From contig JAWOID010000035.1 of NCBI GenBank assembly GCA_046484865.1, forward strand, positions 1 through 54,084: a stretch of 54,084 nt of DNA. Direction: 5' to 3'. Shown piece by piece: positions 50,675-54,084 of this stretch. Below the pieces are notes generated by a model. It was not told where the DNA came from. It saw only the letters and a list, made by a program, of their open reading frames with translations, and searched no databases. The first letter of the stretch is position 1, and each line of letters starts with the position of its first letter. This stretch comes from Candidatus Krumholzibacteriia bacterium. GTDB lineage: Bacteria > Krumholzibacteriota > Krumholzibacteriia > LZORAL124-64-63. The position numbers were made by a program, and so were the translations under genes.

Positions 50675-53664
50675 TGGAGCCAGACCACCTTTCGGATCGT
50701 CGGTCCGCCCGGTCCGTCCAGGCGGAAGAGGTAGACGCCGGCGGCCACGCCGCGGCCCCGGTCGTCGCGTCCGTCCCACGTCACGGACATCTCGCCGCCG
50801 GACAGCTCCCAGCCGCGGATCCGACGCCCCCGCACATCGTACAGGCACAGGCGTGCGCTGTCGCCCTGCGGCAGGGAGACGCCGATGCGCACCTCTCCCC
50901 GGCCGGGGTTCGGGTGCGGCAGACCCAGCCGCGACGCCGGCGCCGGTCCGCCGTCGGGGTGGTGGACGAGCGTGGGCGACCGCACCGCTCCGAGGGCCGG
51001 CTCGGCCACCACGCGCAGTTCCCATCGCTCCCCGTCGGTGCCCGAGGGCAGCAATCCGGCGAGATCGAGGGCGTGGTCGTGGTCGATTCCCGCCGGGGGC
51101 GGCGGTCCGGACCACACGGGCCGCCACGGTTCCTCGGCGCCGCGCCGGGCGTCCACGCGGAATCCGTGCACCGGCTCCCAGGGCCAGCTCCACCCCAGCC
51201 GCCCGGCCGCACCGTCCAGCGCCACCGGGAACGCTCCCCGCGGGTGGCCGGTCCCCAGGAGGTCCGCGCGCGACACCAGCCATCCACGCGCGCGCCAGGT
51301 GGCGTCGCTGGCGAACCGCAGGCGCAGGCGCCAGGGACCCGGTTCGTCCGGCAGCGGCAGCACATCCACGCGCCACAGCGGCCGGCCGTCGCCTTCCAGC
51401 GGGTCGGGCCCTCCGAACGCCGGGCGACCGTGCAGGTCGTGCCGGGCACGATCGGTCAGACGCTGCGGGTATCCGTCCACCGGCGTCGCCGCCACGGCGC
51501 CGTGCGGACCCACCCATTCCACCACGCCACCGTCGATGCCCTGGCCCGGCAGCAGTTCCTCGGTATCCACGGCGTGCACCAGCCGCACCGCGGCGACGCC
51601 GGGACTCAGCTCGGCGCTCGTGAGCACCGCCTCGGCGGCGTTGGCGTAGCGAACATCGGGCCAGTCCAGCCCCGTGGCGTGGGAAACACCCGTGCAGGCC
51701 AGGATCGCGCTGCCGTCGGCCGCCGGCGTGTCGTCGCTCCAGCGGTGCCAGGTCGTGGCGCCGCCGCCCGCCGGATGTTCGATCGCCCATTCTCCCGGCC
51801 AGGCACCGTCCAGATCGAGTGCGCCAGGCAGGTCGGTCCACGGCCAGGACACCGTCTCCGGCACCGAGGTCCAGGGGGTCGGCCCGTCCCCGGCCACCAC
51901 CACCGTGAAGCGCGTGCGGGCTCCTTCCGGCAGCGGGTCCACGCTCTCCCAGAACACGGGAACGCGCGGGGTCCAGCCGTCGGGCCCGGCCGCGAGTTCC
52001 ACCGCCATCTCCGCGTCGCCGCCGGCGAACGATCCCCAGGCCGTGGCCTCGTCGGCCGTGATCCGCACCCGGACCGTCTCGAAGTCCGTGAACGGCAATC
52101 CGTCCGGCCGCACGCTCAGTTCCAGCGGCCGCTGCCCCGGTCCGGGGCCGAAGCCCAGGACGACCACGGCGCCGTACCCTGCGCTCACCCCGCCGCCGAT
52201 GCGCACGCCGCCGGCGGCGCGCGCTATGGTGCGGAGATCGACCTCGCTGGGAGCCCCGTAGCCCGCGCTGGCGGGCTCGGTGCCGGGCCCGAACGCCGTC
52301 ACGCCGAGCTCGCCCGGGAAGAGGTCGCGGGGGCTGCCCAGGTCCTCCCCGCGAGCGAGAGAACCGTCGCCGTCGGCCTCCACCAGCCGCACGCGGAGAT
52401 GCCGGTCGAGTGAACCGGCTTCCCCCTCGGCCAGCGTCTCGTCGACGTGGTAGATCAGGAGCTCGCTCGACGGCACGGCCGCGTCGAAGGGGCCGGCGCC
52501 CGGTCCGCCGCGGGTCTCGAGGAGAAAGTACTCGGGGCCCCGGCGACCGCGCGTCCAGACGCGCCAGACGCTGCCGCCGTCGCTCACCGGGCGCAGCAGG
52601 TCGTCCTCCCCACCGGTCCAGTCCTGCGCGTCGCACCAGCCGAGTTGCAGCCGGGAGTACGCGTCGGGCAGCGCCGCGCCGTGACCGCCGCCGGTGCCCA
52701 CGAGTCCGGCCGCCATGAGGCTGAACACGCCCACGCCGCCGGAACCGGCCGTGTCGCCGCCGCCAGGACCGGTCGTCGCCGGCAGACCCAGGTCGTAACG
52801 ATCCTCGAGACCGAAGAGATGAGCCGTCTCGTGGACCCAGACGCCCAGGCCGCTGCCCAGCGCGGCCACCGCATAGAGCCGTGCCGCCACCCCGCCGTCC
52901 ACCACCGGCTGGTCGAGGAAGTACTGCAGCGGCTGGATGAGACCGTGCTCGAGGTCGTTCTCCAGTCCGATTCCCGAGTGCAGCAGGAGCACGCCGTCGA
53001 CGTCGCCGTCGTCGTCAATGGAGCCGGAGATGCCGTCGGGACCGTCCGCGTCGAGCCGGCGGAAGTCGATGCCCCTCGCGAGCGCCCCCTCGAGTGCCTC
53101 GGTCGCCATCGCCCGCGACCGGCTCAGGCCGTTGAGGTCCCGGTCGGAGTAATCGCGCCGCGTTCCCTCCAGCCGCACCAGGGGCGCCACCGTGATCCGC
53201 AGGTCGAGGCGCTCCTGGCTGGCGATCGCGAAGTAGCGGGTCAGGCTCTCGCCGCCGGGAGCGAGCAGCCGCGGGCCCAGGACGGTCGCGGGATCCCAGC
53301 CGACCGGCAGGCGGACGTCCGCGAAGTCGACCGGGATCACCAGCAGCGCGAACGGTGCGCCGCCGCCGGACTTGTCCTGCGCGGCATGCCGCAGGGAGTC
53401 GCGTCGCCGGGCCCGTCGCTCGCTCAGCTCGGAGCGCTCGCCGGCGGTCAGCCGCGGGACGAGGAGGCCTGCGCCCGGGGCCGCGGTGGTTCCCAGGAGC
53501 AGCGCTGTTCCGGGTGCCCCGGCAGTTTCCTGCACCTCGCCCATGCCTTGCGCGACGCCCGGCGCCGGCAGCATCAGCGCCAGCGCGGCGACCAGCAGGG
53601 CCGCCGGCCCGGGCGCGACACGGGGCGGGGATTGCGCGGGGGAACACCTGCAGGCACGGATCAT
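50671..53664 (-). CDS. Secreted M6 (immune inhibitor A-like) metalloprotease with a C-terminal FlgD-Ig/T9SS-like domain
   Basis: Signal peptide, LLVIPVDFAD, HETAHLFGLEDRYD, FSLMA, EYFLLE, C-terminal PNP...LYDVRGR...WDGRD..G..VAAGVY. Confidence 0.8.
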   Translation of the reverse strand: MIRACRCSPAQSPPRVAPGPAALLVAALALMLPAPGVAQGMGEVQETAGAPGTALLLGTTAAPGAGLLVPRLTAGERSELSERRARRRDSLRHAAQDKSGGGAPFALLVIPVDFADVRLPVGWDPATVLGPRLLAPGGESLTRYFAIASQERLDLRITVAPLVRLEGTRRDYSDRDLNGLSRSRAMATEALEGALARGIDFRRLDADGPDGISGSIDDDGDVDGVLLLHSGIGLENDLEHGLIQPLQYFLDQPVVDGGVAARLYAVAALGSGLGVWVHETAHLFGLEDRYDLGLPATTGPGGGDTAGSGGVGVFSLMAAGLVGTGGGHGAALPDAYSRLQLGWCDAQDWTGGEDDLLRPVSDGGSVWRVWTRGRRGPEYFLLETRGGPGAGPFDAAVPSSELLIYHVDETLAEGEAGSLDRHLRVRLVEADGDGSLARGEDLGSPRDLFPGELGVTAFGPGTEPASAGYGAPSEVDLRTIARAAGGVRIGGGVSAGYGAVVVLGFGPGPGQRPLELSVRPDGLPFTDFETVRVRITADEATAWGSFAGGDAEMAVELAAGPDGWTPRVPVFWESVDPLPEGARTRFTVVVAGDGPTPWTSVPETVSWPWTDLPGALDLDGAWPGEWAIEHPAGGGATTWHRWSDDTPAADGSAILACTGVSHATGLDWPDVRYANAAEAVLTSAELSPGVAAVRLVHAVDTEELLPGQGIDGGVVEWVGPHGAVAATPVDGYPQRLTDRARHDLHGRPAFGGPDPLEGDGRPLWRVDVLPLPDEPGPWRLRLRFASDATWRARGWLVSRADLLGTGHPRGAFPVALDGAAGRLGWSWPWEPVHGFRVDARRGAEEPWRPVWSGPPPPAGIDHDHALDLAGLLPSGTDGERWELRVVAEPALGAVRSPTLVHHPDGGPAPASRLGLPHPNPGRGEVRIGVSLPQGDSARLCLYDVRGRRIRGWELSGGEMSVTWDGRDDRGRGVAAGVYLFRLDGPGGPTIRKVVWLQ

Positions 53665-53725
53665 GGGCACGGATCCTGATCGGGTGGAGGCGGAGCGAGG
53701 TCCGGCGAAGACGGCGGCAGCGCGG

Positions 53726-53866
53726 CTGCCGGGCTTACGCCGGAGCGGACGCGAACGACCCCGCGGTTCCTCATGACGTTACGGATCGACGACCCCGGTC
53801 GTCGACCGGAAACGACAGCAAGGGAACAGCCACGGGTCGCCGCAGTTCCCGGCGTGAGCCGGGCGG
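53726..53866. other. ~140-nt rod-like imperfect inverted repeat; candidate structured ncRNA or palindromic element
   Basis: Nested complementary segments from CTGCCGGGCTTACGCCGG/CCGGCGTGAGCCGGGCGG inward to TCGACGACC/GGTCGTCGA. Confidence 0.6.
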
Positions 53867-53876
53867 TCCAGTGGGA

Positions 53877-54084
53877 TCAGTGGTTGAAGTGGCGCCGGGA
53901 GGCGAGGATCAAGGTGACCCCCAGCTCGCCGGCCGCCGCGGCCACCTCGTCGTCTCGGATCGAACCGCCCGGCGCGATGACGGTCCGGACGCCCGCCGCG
54001 GCGAGCGCCTGGATCCCGTCCGGAAACGGGAAGAAGCCGTCGGAGGCGGCCACGCTCCCGGTGAGGTCCAGACCCTGCTCGCCG
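53877..54084 (-). CDS. purH: Bifunctional AICAR transformylase/IMP cyclohydrolase, 3' end (runs off the window)
   Basis: Manual translation gives [14 protein letters not shown]...[12 protein letters not shown]...RRHFNH-stop. Confidence 0.93.
   Translation of the reverse strand, partial: GEQGLDLTGSVAASDGFFPFPDGIQALAAAGVRTVIAPGGSIRDDEVAAAAGELGVTLILASRRHFNH

Noticed and set aside
47622..52636. Long N-terminal extensions in the ORF track (SLT 1446 aa, secA 1297 aa, dapF 1065 aa, mtaB 860 aa, trkH 743 aa) suggesting fusions
   Set aside because: The extensions overlap upstream genes in another frame; true starts are marked by RBS and ATGA/GTGA overlaps.

Overview
A very GC-rich bacterial chromosomal segment. 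It is probably from an FCB-superphylum candidate lineage, an inference from the FlgD/T9SS-like C-terminal domain, the Big_5 lipoprotein and lapAB. About 40 genes are present, nearly all on the minus strand; only tRNA-Gly(CCC) and rpsT are on the plus strand. Most of the window is housekeeping: purH (3' end), an M6 metalloprotease, a lytic transglycosylase, a polyprenol-kinase-like gene, secA, smg-topA-trmFO-xerC-hslVU, argF, dapF-dapA-dapB, rpsT, uvrC-xerD, trpS-scpA-scpB-rluB-hisC-cmk/plsC, rpsA, mtaB-miaB, lapA-lapB, a SPOR protein, mutS, a GAF/degenerate-GGDEF protein, mutL and miaA. The outstanding accessory locus (336-5323) lies between miaA and tRNA-Gly: kaiC-kaiB-sensorless NarX-type histidine kinase-kinase-less membrane 4HB/HAMP sensor-trkH. 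No kaiA, response regulator or trkA is present in the window, so this is a candidate KaiBC-controlled potassium-transport system. Other oddities are a ~140-nt rod-like intergenic palindrome after purH, a 6 x 21-bp tandem array before the mutL promoter, a TrpRS with a putative Fe-S motif, and an rpsT promoter overlapping the uvrC start. All calls come from reading motifs by eye; no database searches were run.
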